Shown here: positions 12,025-24,620 of the stretch, piece by piece | Position numbering within the stretch: the stretch's first letter is position 1 | How the letters are laid out: every line of letters begins with the position of its first letter | Program-made: the position numbers and the translations under genes | Notes under the pieces: generated by a model | The model's input: the letters and a program-made list of their open reading frames with translations, nothing else | Told to the model about the DNA's origin: nothing | Database searches by the model: none | Assembly: GCF_037042905.1 (NCBI RefSeq) | Contig: NC_087252.1 | Location: 18,726,001 to 18,790,000 of the forward strand | DNA from: Lytechinus pictus | Lineage: Eukaryota | DNA: 64,000 nucleotides | Direction: 5' to 3'

Positions 12025-12619
12025 GTATGCTTAAAAAACAAAATCAATCCATAATATTGAACATAAAGGGCGGGGAGGCGACTCTCAAATATACAGCGAG
12101 TCCCTCTCCAAAAAACACGTCCCTCTGACTTAGGGCTAAATATTTTCCAAAATGTGGTTGTTTTCTCAATCAAATGCACAAGAGTATAAATTTTATTTCA
12201 TTACCAACTTCTATGAAAATTTCATTGGTCTCGCTTCAGTGATTTTGAATACACACCCTGTTTCGTAACAGTGGTACATTTCAGCCCATTCCAAGTTTGC
12301 AGCGCTGCTGTATTTCTGCATTGTCTTCAGCATGATAACCCCCATTTACCATCCAGTATCTTGAGAAGCGACATTTCCCCGATTTATCAGTGCTCATAAA
12401 ATTATTAACTTGAGCATGTGTGCAGAAGGGTAAGAATCATCAAAATTATTTTTTGACGATTGATGGGAGATTGATGAAAGAAAATATGAATGCTTGATAA
12501 GTACTAGACCAAAAGCTTCAGTCTCTGTATTTGGTTGTTCCGCTGAACTGCCTTGGCTCCACTCATCAATACATAGACCGACGAGTCGTTGCCCGTACGT
12601 AAAGACAACGTATTAGCAG

Positions 12620-12749
12620 CAGTGGCGTACCTAGGATTTTCGACAGGGGGGGCAAAACCGTCCGCCAAAAAATTTGACAAGCAAAAAAAAAAAAAAAAAA
12701 AAAGGTCTTCGATCACACATGTAACTTTCGTACCCAAAAAAAATTGACA

Positions 12750-12784
<35 letters not shown>

Positions 12785-12945
12785 TCTTCAAGCTCGTCAG
12801 GGGGACATTGAAGGTCTTAAAGCTCGTCAGGGGGGGGGGGGGCAAAAAAGGTTTTTCAAGCCCGTCAGGGGGGCAAAGATACGTTTTTGCATGGGTTTTG
12901 ACTCGTCAGAGTGCCCCCCCTGCCCCCCCCGTAGGTACGCTAGTG
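12620..12945 (+). mobile_element. hAT-like MITE
   Basis: TIR CAGTGGCGTACCTA / TAGGTACGCTAGTG; 8-bp TSD ATTAGCAG at 12612-12619 and 12946-12953. Confidence 0.9.
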
Positions 12946-14833
12946 ATTAGCAGTAACGTTAGATCTAACATTAGGCGGAAACCCGATTTTCGGATCGTTT
13001 TTTTTTACATAAAATGTCACACTATAATAAAGAAATTACATCCAAAGTTACGAGAAAATAAATGAAATTCAGAAATATTGTACCTTAGACCGCAGTTACA
13101 GCTAATTCCTTTCAAAAGATGATCAAAACATAGTCATCCTCGATCCTTTCGTTGGTCATCGTATGTTGCCATCATGGATGACGTCATCATCGTCATTATC
13201 CTTACAGACAAATTTACCAGTCGCTATATATCGCGATTCTTGCCGCTGCGTTGCGCCACGGAAATAAAAGGAAGGCACGCATCGAATTGTCGCCAATTCA
13301 ATGGCCCAGCTTTTTGCTTTAGTGCACCGCCGCGCCGCCATCTTGCTAGTCCCCCAGAAGGGTCGGATCGTACTGTGTTTGCACGTAGGTCGGATTTCAG
13401 TGCAGAATAAAAAAACAGTCCCGAGCGAAGATTACCCTATTTCATACATTTTTCTATAGTTACAATATTATATTTAACTCTGAAAACTTCAAAATAAGAT
13501 TCCTGAATTTGTTTGTTTTAAACCTCACGGTGAGTAACAAAAAAATTTAATAGGCCTATATAAAACATTGCATCGCTATAATTAAGAAAGGTAATCTATA
13601 CTCATTTTTGTAGGTGGAGGTTCTGTTTTGGAACAATCTCTATCTATACTGTTGATATGTTCATTTACTACGTTTGACCGTAATTCTCATGATTTATTTG
13701 TATTTTTGTTGATTATGTTGCTATATTTTTAATAAATATTCAATCTAAAAAATACAGTCGCTTGAACAAGATACTGGCAATGAAGCTAGTATCGAGCTGT
13801 CTGTGCCTTATACTGCTACTGAAATAATATTTTCTGCTAACAGGCAGGGTTGTCACTATAATTATGTCTTATTCTGCCTAATTATTGGGGGGGGGGGGGT
13901 GGGGGCAGTTAACTGTGCTCAGTCTGCAGATTTAACAGTACGTGTACACTTGATTTATATTGACATTTTAAATAGATGTTTTATTTACATACTTGGGGGT
14001 GTGGTAAAGTGTGCATGTACATAATATTGTCGACATAAGGGGCATCGACCCATATGTTTCGGATGGGGGGGGGGGGTAATTAAAAAAAAAATGGCGCCAG
14101 CACAAACTTTCCAGGCGAAGCAGGCAAAAATGACAATTTTATATCCTTATAGTATACCTTTTTATTTTTTTTTCCAAACATAAATTGAATAGCATTTTGG
14201 TCAATCATGAATAATTTTGAAAATGTAAATATCATTTACGACTATAATCAGGGCACTGGGAACAATTTTAGAAGGGACGCTGAATTGCACTTGACAAAAA
14301 AAATAAATAAAAAAATAAATTAAGCCGGGTTATTTTGCTTACATTTCTCCTTTTTTATATCGGAATACCTGAGGGTGCTGCCTATACACGCATCACCTTC
14401 AGGAAAATCTTAGGAGTGTTGAAGCACCCAAGCACCCCAGGGCCATGCTTTATATCAGATGAAACGTCCGACAATAGTAAAGTCAATATAGGGTTTGACC
14501 CACCACTAATTGCAACACGGGATATTCCACTGAAATGCTTTCAAAGAAAGTCTGTTACACCCACATATGTAATAAACGCACACAAATGTAATAACGCCCC
14601 AAAATGTAATAACACTTTACCCACAAATGTAACAATTTCACCCACAAATGTGATAATGCACTTTACCCACAAATGTAATAATTTTTGATCGCCCACAAAT
14701 GTAATAATATTTTAAGGGATTTTTTGCGAATCTGTTCTAAACTAAAACCCTACAGTAATGCGTTCATATAGCGCAAGGTCACAGTCTTTTTTCTCCAGAC
14801 CCGGTTATGTCAAACATTTAAACAATCGTCCAA

Positions 14834-15836
14834 CAGTCAGACCGCAGGTCCCTATGCTAATGAGCAAAAAGGCCAAATTCATCCAAATCATCTCGTGGCT
14901 GAATCCTCCTCCTTGCAAAATCTCGTGATTCGTGAGATTTTCTTTCTCTAAGAATTTACCTGTTTTAACCTCAAGTTAAATGAAATATTATTGCACCATC
15001 AGATAGAGTAAAAGTTACTCTTTCATATTGGTCATTTATTTTGTATACAATATTTTGTAAAATAGGTACATTTCTTGCCCGAAAATGTGCCTCAAAACTG
15101 AATTTTCTTCCCCCGTTTTCTTTTGCAAATTGTGCAAAACTTTTTATTTTGAGCCTCAATGATATCTCTATCACCATAAAGCTGAATTTCTGTACTTTCT
15201 CACAATGCCACTCTTGATATGCGGCACCTTTTAAATAATTTTGGATAAGGTTCACAGAACTACAGGCGCGGGGTATTTAAGGAGATTACCACATGGGAAG
15301 TGTGACCTTCCCACGAACCCAGGCACTGGGACCGTTGGAATTTGCCATTGTGTGGTCTCTTTGACCAATCAGAGTGCAGTATTCTTGTTTTCAAACTGCT
15401 TTATGTACTTGGCAAATGAAAAGTGTGACCTTGACCCGATTAAACCAATTCTTATTTTGAAACCTATATCATTTCAAAGCATACGTATTCAGCTTTATCA
15501 TGATATAAAAATCATTTGGGCTCAAACAAAAATAAAGTGTGAAAATAGCAGCTTTTGTCAGGTGAAAATATTTATTTTGTAGCATATTTTAGATCAAAAT
15601 TTTAACCTATATTACAAAATCTTTGAATAAATCCAAACACATGACCTAAAAGAATGATTCTTCTTCTTTACAATGGTACCAAATTCATGAAATTCAATGC
15701 ACAATTAGAGCAGCAATGACCGAATGAAAAGAGGTGTTTTGGTCCGCATCAAGCTCATTAAATATGCAAAACATCTCAAGTCATGAATATCACTTGGATG
15801 AAAGAAGCCACTTTCTTGGGACCTGCAGTCTGACTG
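14834..15836. mobile_element. 1-kb non-autonomous DNA transposon inserted in the left foldback arm
   Basis: 19-bp TIR CAGTCAGACCGCAGGTCCC / GGGACCTGCAGTCTGACTG; 4-bp TSD CCAA; absent from the opposite arm (~22760). Confidence 0.9.
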
Positions 15837-16949
15837 CCAAACAAAGATCACAAAATAAATTCTTCTTAATGTTGAATAAAATAGAAGTATAGCGTAGTCT
15901 TTCCTCCACACCCAGATATTTTAAATCTTATTAATGTTAAATAACATTGTTGTTGTTATGTGGGTTTTAAGGCGCGTACCATTCAGATATATTAACATGG
16001 AAATATAGCATAGTCTTTCATCCAGACCCAGTTCTAAAAATCATTAAAAAACAAAACAAAAAAAAAAGACCCCGCAATCTTTTCAACATTGAATAGCATG
16101 GAAATATGGTGTAGTCTTTCCTCCAGACCCAGTTATTTCAAAATAGCGAATCATATAAAAAAATAAAAAAAAACAATATTAACAAAGACCCACAATCTCA
16201 TTGATGTTGAATAAATTCTTCTTCTTCTGTCTTCTGTCTTGTGTTGAGTTGGCAACTTGAAAATATTGCGTAGTCTTTCCTCAAGACCCAGTTATTTCAA
16301 AATAACAAATCATAAAAAAAGATAGATAATAATAAAGCAATGACCCAACCATGTCACAGATGTTGAATAACATGAAAATAAACGCAGTCTTTCCTCCAGA
16401 CCCAGATATTTCAAGTAACAAATCATAAAATACAAAACAAAATATCAAAAAAGAAACAATGACCCCACAATCTTATTGATGTTGAATAACGTTGTTGTTG
16501 TTGTTTATACGGCGCATATCATTCAGTAGTGAATATTTGCGCCCCCAAAAAACATGGAAATAATTTAGTCTTTCCTCTAGACCCACAAAATTACAAATCA
16601 TTTTAAGAAAAAGTAAAAACAAAAGTAACTGACCCCACTATCTTATTAATGCCGAATAACATGGAATTATAGCGTAGTCTTCCCTCCAGACCCTGTTATA
16701 AAAATCATTAAAAACAAAACAACAATCCCAAAAGACCCTGGAATTTTATCAACATTGAATATCATAGAAATATGGTGTAGTTTTTGCTTCAAACCCAACA
16801 ATCCTTCAAACTAAGAAACCAGTAATATATTTAAATGTTTAAAGAGTTTTCTTTATTCCAGATCTTGTCATTTCAAAATTAAGATAAATGAAATCTTCAT
16901 AACTAAGACTCAATCATATTCTTGTGCCCATTCTACATGAATAAGACGA

Positions 16950-17094
16950 TCTGGGGAGCATTTCATCAACATTTATATCCGAAAAGTTGTCAGATCTGAC
17001 AACTTTCCTTGATGTTGATTGGTTAAGAAGCAATGCTACCATGGTATGTGTCGGATAAAACGTCTGACAACTCCTTTCATAAAATGCTTCCGGG
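16950..17094. mobile_element. ~145-bp MITE, with inverted copies at ~18470-18605 (partial) and ~18723-18868 and a fragment at ~5500-5560
   Basis: Ends GGGGAGCATTTCAT...ATAAAATGCTTCCGGG; internal palindrome AAGTTGTCAGATCTGACAACTT. Confidence 0.8.
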
Positions 17095-19338
17095 CTCTTA
17101 GTTTTGAAGATTTTTTTTTAATTAGAAGTTTCTTTGTCTGGAAGAAAAAAATATGATTTTAATAAGTGCATTCTTTATTACATGATCTTAGGCTGTAAGA
17201 CGGTTTTAATTCTAAATGTTTGTTTTGTTGTTCTGCATGTTTTTTTATAAACTGGTCTGGTAAAACTAAGTATGCGTTATCACGGGGTTTTATAGTTTCC
17301 CGTATAGTTTGGAAGATGCTGGGGTCTAAGTTTTAAGATTAATGTTCCGCTTAATTTGTATTTTTAAAAGAACTGGGTGCGGGGTAAAGACAACGATCTA
17401 AATCTCTTGTATTTTAGCTGGGTTTAATTGTTTTAAGACTGGTCTTAGCTTTGAAGTTTTTTTAAATTGTTTTTATTTTTTAAATAACCGGGTCTATACG
17501 AATGACTAAGCTTGATACTCGAGTTATGCCATACATGTATGAATAAGAATATGACAGGGTCTTAAGTTTTTGAGATTGTTTACACTATTTTTTTAAATGA
17601 CTGAGTCTGGAATAAAGACAACGTTCTAAACATTTGCTTTTCTACATGGCCTTTATAGTTTGGAGGATTGTTGGTGCTTAGATTCGTTTTTTGGGGGGTG
17701 GGTTTTATTGCTTTTTATTCTTGAAATAATCGTGTCTGGAGGAAAGTCTACAATCGATCTTCATGTCATTCCACAGGAATTAGATAATTGGGTATTCGTT
17801 TTAGAATATAAAAAAAACCATTTTATTTTTTAAAAATAATAACCAAATCTGGGAAAAGGATAGAAAGGATATTGGCTTACCCATGCATTATTACAATGTT
17901 TTGTAGAAGTCTTAGTTTGTATTTCGAAAAAGTTGATGTGGGGTAAAGACAACGCTCTAAACTTATATTTTGTATTGGGTGTAAATTTTGAAGATTGGTC
18001 TAAGATTTGAAGTTTTTTATTCATTTCTTTAAGTAACCGGGTCTGGAGGAAAGAATACGCTTTAAAACTCGTGTTATTCCATAATAACAAGAATATAATA
18101 GAGTCCTACTTTAGAAGATTTTTTCGTAATTTGTAGAATGACTAGGTCTGGAATAAAGACAACGCTTTGAACCTCTGTTTTATTACAGGTTCTTGGATTG
18201 AATGATTTATTGGTCTTAGACTTGGAGTTTTTTTAATTATTACTATTAGCTTTATTTTGGAAAAAAATAGCTGGGTCTGGCTGATAGACTACGCTATATT
18301 TCCATTTTATTCATCATTAATAACATTCTGGGATCTTAATAATGTTTTTTGATTGTTATTTGTCATATTAAAATAACTGGGTTTGGAGGAAAGACTATGC
18401 TATATTTTCATGTTATTCAGCATGTAGGGTTTCAATTCCCCCCCCCAAAAAAAAATTCAAAACTAAGAGCCCGGGAGCATTTCATGAAAGGAGTTGTCAG
18501 ACGTTTTATCCAACACTTACCGTGGTAGCACTGCTTCTTAACCAATCAACATCAAGAAAACTTGTCAGATCTGACAATTTGTTGGACATAAATGTTGATG
18601 AATTGTTATTTATCATATTGAAATAACTGGGTTTGGAGGAAAGACTATGCTATATTTTCATGTTATTCAGCATGTAGGGTTTCAATTTTTCAAAAAAAAA
18701 ATAAAAAAATTCCAAACTAAGAGCCCGGGAGCATTTCATGAAAGGAGTTGTCAGACGCTTTATCCGACACTTACCATGGTAGCACTGCTTCTTAACCAAT
18801 CAACATCAAGGAAACTTGTCAGATCTGACAACTTGTCGGACATAAATGTTGATGAAATGCTCCCCCGATCGTATTATTCATGTTGAACAGGCACAGGAAT
18901 ATGATTGAGTCTTAGTTATGAAGATTTCATTTACCTTCATTTTGAAAATGACAAGGTCTGGAATAAAGAAAACTCTCTAAACCTTTAATCTATTACTAGG
19001 TTCTTAGTTTGAAGAATTGTTGGGTCTTAGATTCTGTTGTTCTGTTTGTTTTTATTTTTTTTGAAAAAATAATTGGGTCTGGAGGAAAGACCACGCCATA
19101 TCTCCATGTTATTCAGCATTAATAAGATAGTGGGATCTTTGTTACTATTTTTCTAAGTAAAAAAAATGATTTGTAATTTTGAAATATGTGGGTCTGGAGG
19201 AAAGACTACGCGACATTTTCAAGTTGTTCAACGTCGATGAGATTGCAGGGTCTTTTGGGGTTGTTTTTTGTTTTTAATGATTTTTTTATAAGTGGGTCTG
19301 GAGGAAAGACTACGCTATATTTCCTACGCTATAATTCC

Positions 19339-22012
19339 CTATCATCAATCCAGTCACCACATCCATTTATGCAGATGATATAGCAGTTTAGATGTCCGGT
19401 AATCAATTAGATGTAACCTCAAAAAAAATTCAAGAATATCTTAACAAATTACACGTATGGTTTAATAAATGGGGTTTCCATCTTTCCTCTGATAAAACCG
19501 CTCTGGTTTTATTTACAAAAGCCCAAAAACATAATTGCCCTGAGATAAAACTAGGAGAAAATCGTCTAACTTTCAACTCTGTTAAAAGTTTTTAGGTGTC
19601 ACTTTTGATCACCGACTTACATGGCATGCCCATATCGAGGATATAGTGACAAGGTGTAAAAGGAAACTTAACATTCTCAGAAGCCTTACTGGAACTCCAT
19701 TTGGAAGCTCCTCCAAATCCCTCCTCATTGTTTATAGGGCAATAATAAGATCGCTAATGGATTATGGATGCGAGGCTAATGATAGTGCATCCCAAACAAT
19801 GAAAGCAAAATTAGATGCAGTTCAATATCAAGCATTAGGGATTTGCGTTGGAGGGCTCCCTTTTACCTCACTAGAAGCCCTGCAGGCTGAACTCGGGGAA
19901 ATGCCCCTCGACCTGAGAAGAAAAGCACTCACAGATACGTTCAGAGCAAAGATTGAAACACACGAAGACCATCCAATTTTGCTTAATATAAAACCGTGCT
20001 GGCAATTCGATTTATCCAAAACTCAAAAAAATAATAAACCTTTTGGAATCAGAGCAGAGAAAATAAACTACTCTGTAGAATCATATTATAGATACGCTTT
20101 TCCTCCATGGCTTTTTCAACACCCGAAGGTTTCAATAGAACTGAACAAGGAATTAAATAAACATGACCATCCTTTATATCAAAAACAAAAGAGCCTCGAT
20201 CTTATAAATTCAAAATGGTCAAATCAACTCCATATTTACACAGATGGATCCAAAGAACATGAAGAACCCGTCACTGGAGCATGTGCTGCCTCATTTCACG
20301 TTCCAGCTTTCCATTACTCCCAGTCTAAACGCCTCACTGATTATACTTCATCATATAGAGCTGAATTAGCAGCAATCATCTTAGCCCTCAGGTGGTTAGA
20401 AACTCTTGATGTATACGTAGGAGTAGTAATCTTTAATGACTCATTAAGCTCCCTAGTAGCAATATCAGAACAAAAAAAAAAAACTTTTGTCTCAGAAATT
20501 CTTACCCTACTAACAAATTTAATATTTTTAGGCATAGACATAAACTTTGAATGGATCCCCAGCCACTGCGGTAATATTGGAAACGAGATGGCGGACACGA
20601 AAGCAAAAAATGCATTGCAGAAAAAAATGAAGTCAACAACAAATTATCTTTAACAGAAATAAAACATCTCATTTTCAAAAGATACACTCTAGAATGGCAA
20701 AAAAGATAGAATGAATCCCACCGCCTACTCAAACTATTCCATCCCACTGTTAATTCTCCCTTTTTTGTAGATATCCACAGACTCCGTTTTGGTGTAATAG
20801 GATTGAACTACGATTTAAAAAGACTTGATATACACCCCACGGGACTTTGTGATACATGTAGGCCCAAGAAATTAGAAACAGTTGAGCATTTTTTAATCGA
20901 GTGTCCCAAATATATAATAGAGAGAGCCATGCTACTTACAGAAACAAATCTATCAACCCCCCAAAAAATAATGGATCTCTTAAAGAGTACTAAGGTAGAA
21001 ACCCAATCTGCATTGGTCTGTTTCGTTCTCAGAACGAAACGATTATATAAAGTCTGAATTTTTCTCCGCCCCCTAATTTTGTATTTTTTATTATTTATTT
21101 ATTCATTATTATTATTAATCATTTTTTTCTACAAGCGTTAAATCTATGAAAGGGAGACACAAAGCAGAAGAAGATGCAGACACATGGTCGATTTTTACTC
21201 ACTTTCCTATGGTCCTATATATTTTAATTATATGTAATTTTCCTACATCGACAACAGATCAGCGATCGTCGTGGATCCTGTTTTTCTCTCTTTTTTTCCT
21301 TATTCTTTTTCCCCTTCCTTACCTTTGCTAATTATCCAAGTTCTTTAATTTGGTGATTCGTCAGGGGGGACAGAAAGGAGTTAAGAATGAAAAGAGAAGT
21401 TTTGTTGTTTATTTGTTGGTTTGTTTGGTTTTGTTTTCAAGTTTGTTTGTTTGTTTGTTTTTGTTTTTTGCACTTTCATCCCATACTTTAGTTTTCGGTG
21501 TCCCGAAACCTGAAGTTTTATCAGGCCACAAATCCAGTTTACTTTTGTTTTCTCTATTGTAGCTTACTGTAGCAGAAGAAAAAAAAAACGTGCTGCAAGA
21601 AACAGAACGCATACAAAAAAAGAAAAAAAGGAAAATTATTATTTCAAAAGGACAAAAATACAATATGTCTATATAGAAAAAAAAGAAAAGAAGAAGAAGA
21701 AAAGATAAAAAAATGCAGGAAAAATGAAACAAGAAAAAAAAAAAGAGAACAAAAGAAAAGAAACGAAAAAAAAAGAAATAAAAAGAAAAAAGAGAAAAGA
21801 AAAGAAAAAGAATAGGAAAAAAAGAGAGAAAAAAAATAAATAAATAAGAGGAAAAAAGAAAAAAGAAAAAAAAATAACAAGAAAAGAAAAGAAAACAGAA
21901 GAAAAGAAAAGAAAAATAAAAGAATAACAAGCTGTTGAAAATGAAAAAAAGCTGTGGCAAAAATAGTCAATCCTGACTGGTTGCCAACCAAGGAAAGAAG
22001 AAGAATAAGAAG
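19339..22012 (+). mobile_element. 5'-truncated I-group LINE with RNase H domain (decayed)
   Basis: YADD at ~19368; RNase H motifs IYTDGSK, SYRAELAAI, NDSLSSL, WIPSHCGNIGNEMAD; CCHC knuckle CDTC..ETVEHFLIEC; long 3' UTR and (AAG)n tail. Stops and frameshifts are present. Confidence 0.93.
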
Positions 22013-23699
22013 TTATTCAGCATTAATAAGATAGTGGGGTCTGTTTTAAATTGTTTTTAAATGATTTGTAATTTGGAAATAAGTTGGTCTGGAGGAGAGA
22101 CTACATTACATTTCCATGTTATTTTGGCGCAAATATTCACTACTGAATGATACGCGCCGTTTAAGCTAAAACAACAAAAACAACAAGGTTTTTCAACGTC
22201 AATAATATTGCGGGATCATTGTTTCTTTTTTAATATTTAGTTTTGTATTTTTTTGATTTGTTATTTGAAATATCTGGTTGATTCAACATCAATAACATTG
22301 TGGAGTCTTTGTTCTATTATTATCTACCAGTTTTATGATTTGTTATTTTGAAATAACTGAGGAAAGACTGCGCTATATTTTCAAGTTATTCAACATTAAT
22401 GAGATTGTGGGGTCTCTGTTAATATTGTTTGTTTGTTTTTAATGGTTTGCTATTATAATATAACTGGGTCAGGAACAAAGACTACACCATATTTCCATGC
22501 TATTCAATGTTGAAAAGATTGCGGGGTCTTTTTTTTTTTTTGTAATGATTTTTTTGTAACTGGGTCTGGAGGAAACCCTACGGTATATTTCCATGTAAAT
22601 ATTTATATCTGAATGGTACGCGCCTTAAAACCTAGGATAACAACAACTACAATGTTATTTAATATTAATACGATTTAGAATATCTGGGTGTGGAGGAAAG
22701 ACTACGCTATAGTTCTATTTTATTCAACATTAAGAAGAATTAATTTTGTGATCTATTTTCGGAAGATTGTTTAAATGTTTGACATAACCGGGTCTGGAGA
22801 AATAAACCTGTGACTTTGCGCTATATGAACGCATTACTATAGGGTTTAAGTTTAGAACAGATTCGCCAAAATCCCTTCAAATTTTATAACATTTGTGAGT
22901 AAAGTCATTATTACATTTGTGGACGATGAAAAATTATTACATTTGTGGGTAAAGTGCATTATTAGATTTGTGGGTAAAGTTTTATTTCATTTATGGGTGT
23001 AACAAGGTCACCTAAACAACCAACTAAAAGTACCTTAAAAATCCAAGCAGTGGAAATTTATGAAATTTGCATATTATGCAAATTAGCCATTGAAAATAGA
23101 AAATAAGGAAAATGATCAAAAGATTAGTGTTTAGTATCCAAAACAATTAACTTTGAATGAAAATTCATAATAAATAACCGAATTCAATGTTTTTATTTAA
23201 AAAGAGCAGAAAATTCTACCTCATTTGCATATTATGCAATTAAGCATCCTTATATGGAAAAATGTCAATATATTGTGACCTTTTTCATAAGGACTACTTG
23301 AAAACATGTCATTAATGTTGACATTAATATATGCTACTGTCACTAAGCATGAGAATTCATGCCTATTCATTAACATTAATTTGCATATTATGCAAATTAG
23401 CCATTAAAAATAGAAAATAAGGAAAATGATCCAAAGATTACTAATCAAATGTCCTAAGCAAATAATTTGAACAAAAGTTCATGATAAATAAATAAGTTCA
23501 ATGTTTTTTTATTTAAAAAGAGGTAGCAAATCTGTCTCATTTGCGTATTATGCAAATAAGTGATAAATGTCAAGAAATTATGATTCTTTCTCACATTGAC
23601 TGCAGTGAAAACATTTCAGTTGTTCAAATCAATATGCTTCTATCACTAAGCATGCAAATTTATCCTAATATAATTTATATTGAAGGAAAAATACTTGGA

Positions 23700-24620
23700 A
23701 ATACGTTCGGCGCTCTCTAAAGCCGTGTTGTTAGTCTGACAAGATGATTGGATTGGCAAGAACAAAGCACAGTTTTTGAATTGGTGTGTAGTTTTTAAGA
23801 GTTGACAACCATTTCTTGTATGGATGGGAACGACAAAGACTTTCCTGAAATTTCACCGTATAAAGAGGGAGGCCAGGAAAAGCAAACTTATGGCAGGTAA
23901 GATCTGATGAGTAGTCTCATAAAGAAGTGTAGCAGATATTCCATCTGGCCTAGTAGCTTCATGCAGGTTGTTCTCTTTGACAATTTCTTCAGTAGTCTGG
24001 CTACACCTGCTTGACTAAACAATATGTTATCTGGCCATATCTGGGTCAGGACTGGGTCCCAGGACCTGTAGAGCACCGCCATTATCATCATCATGATCAG
24101 TGGTAAATACTAAGACAAAAACATCTTTTGCCTTCCTTTAATAATGCTATTCCAATGTAGTCATGGCGCATGATATTAAGGGCTCTCAACATGCTTACAG
24201 TCTGGGTCATTGTCAATCCGGTCAACAAATTATGTACATGTATTATAGGCTTGTCTACAAACCCTATATCTTTAACTGTTTAATGCATTGTAGCAATTCT
24301 GAGCTTTACCTTACTGATGCTTTTGGAGCTCTTACATGTGCAAGCCTTCCTAGCATTCTTCTAAAACTTGTCTTTCTCCGACACAACTTATGTCCATTGT
24401 CTCATTGAGGCAACTAGTGTTGGAAGGAGACATGGGTAACGGTTTGGTTTTTGTCAAAGTCCTCTGATTGATTGGCATTCAATCTCCTATGCTCGACTTG
24501 TCGGATTTCAATAGAGAGAGTTGTATGATCGTCCAAAGTACATCTGCATAACACTATTGAAGTCAGCATTCCTCTACAAGAACATCCTTAGTCGTATCAT
24601 AATTACTGTAAGGTTTATTC
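23700..24620 (-). mobile_element. Highly degraded LINE ORF2 remnant
   Basis: Minus-strand traces resembling A-x-G-P-D-G (~23940) and V-V-P-I (~23830) pre-RT motifs; many stops. Confidence 0.4.

Larger units (their letters stand above)
15885..22800. repeat. Diverged ~110-bp tandem array with core GCGTAGTCTTTCCTCCAGACCCAG
   Basis: About 30 copies. They are + oriented at 15890-16860 and - oriented at 17130-19330 and 22013-22800. Confidence 0.9.
14553..23004. mobile_element. Foldback-like non-autonomous element with ~1.5-kb modular TIRs, TGT...ACA ends and 5-bp TSD
   Basis: Ends TGTTACACCCA / TGGGTGTAACA; TSD AAGTC/AGGTC (1 mismatch). Arms 14553-~17110 and ~18710-23004 are reverse complements once the insertions are removed. 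Confidence 0.85.

Noticed and set aside
14553..14710. CACA-starting repeats and a 5-bp TSD suggesting RSS/Transib/ProtoRAG ends
   Set aside because: The termini are TGT...ACA rather than CAC...GTG. There is no heptamer-spacer-nonamer and no RAG-like ORF.
21409..21991. Phe/Leu-rich 183-aa and 115-aa ORFs (similarly 187-378 and 37706-37949)
   Set aside because: They are translations of poly-purine low-complexity tracts.
15885..22800. CRISPR-like look of a conserved ~24-bp motif spaced every ~110 bp
   Set aside because: The intervening sequences are homologous to each other, so this is a diverged satellite. The context is eukaryotic and no cas genes are present.
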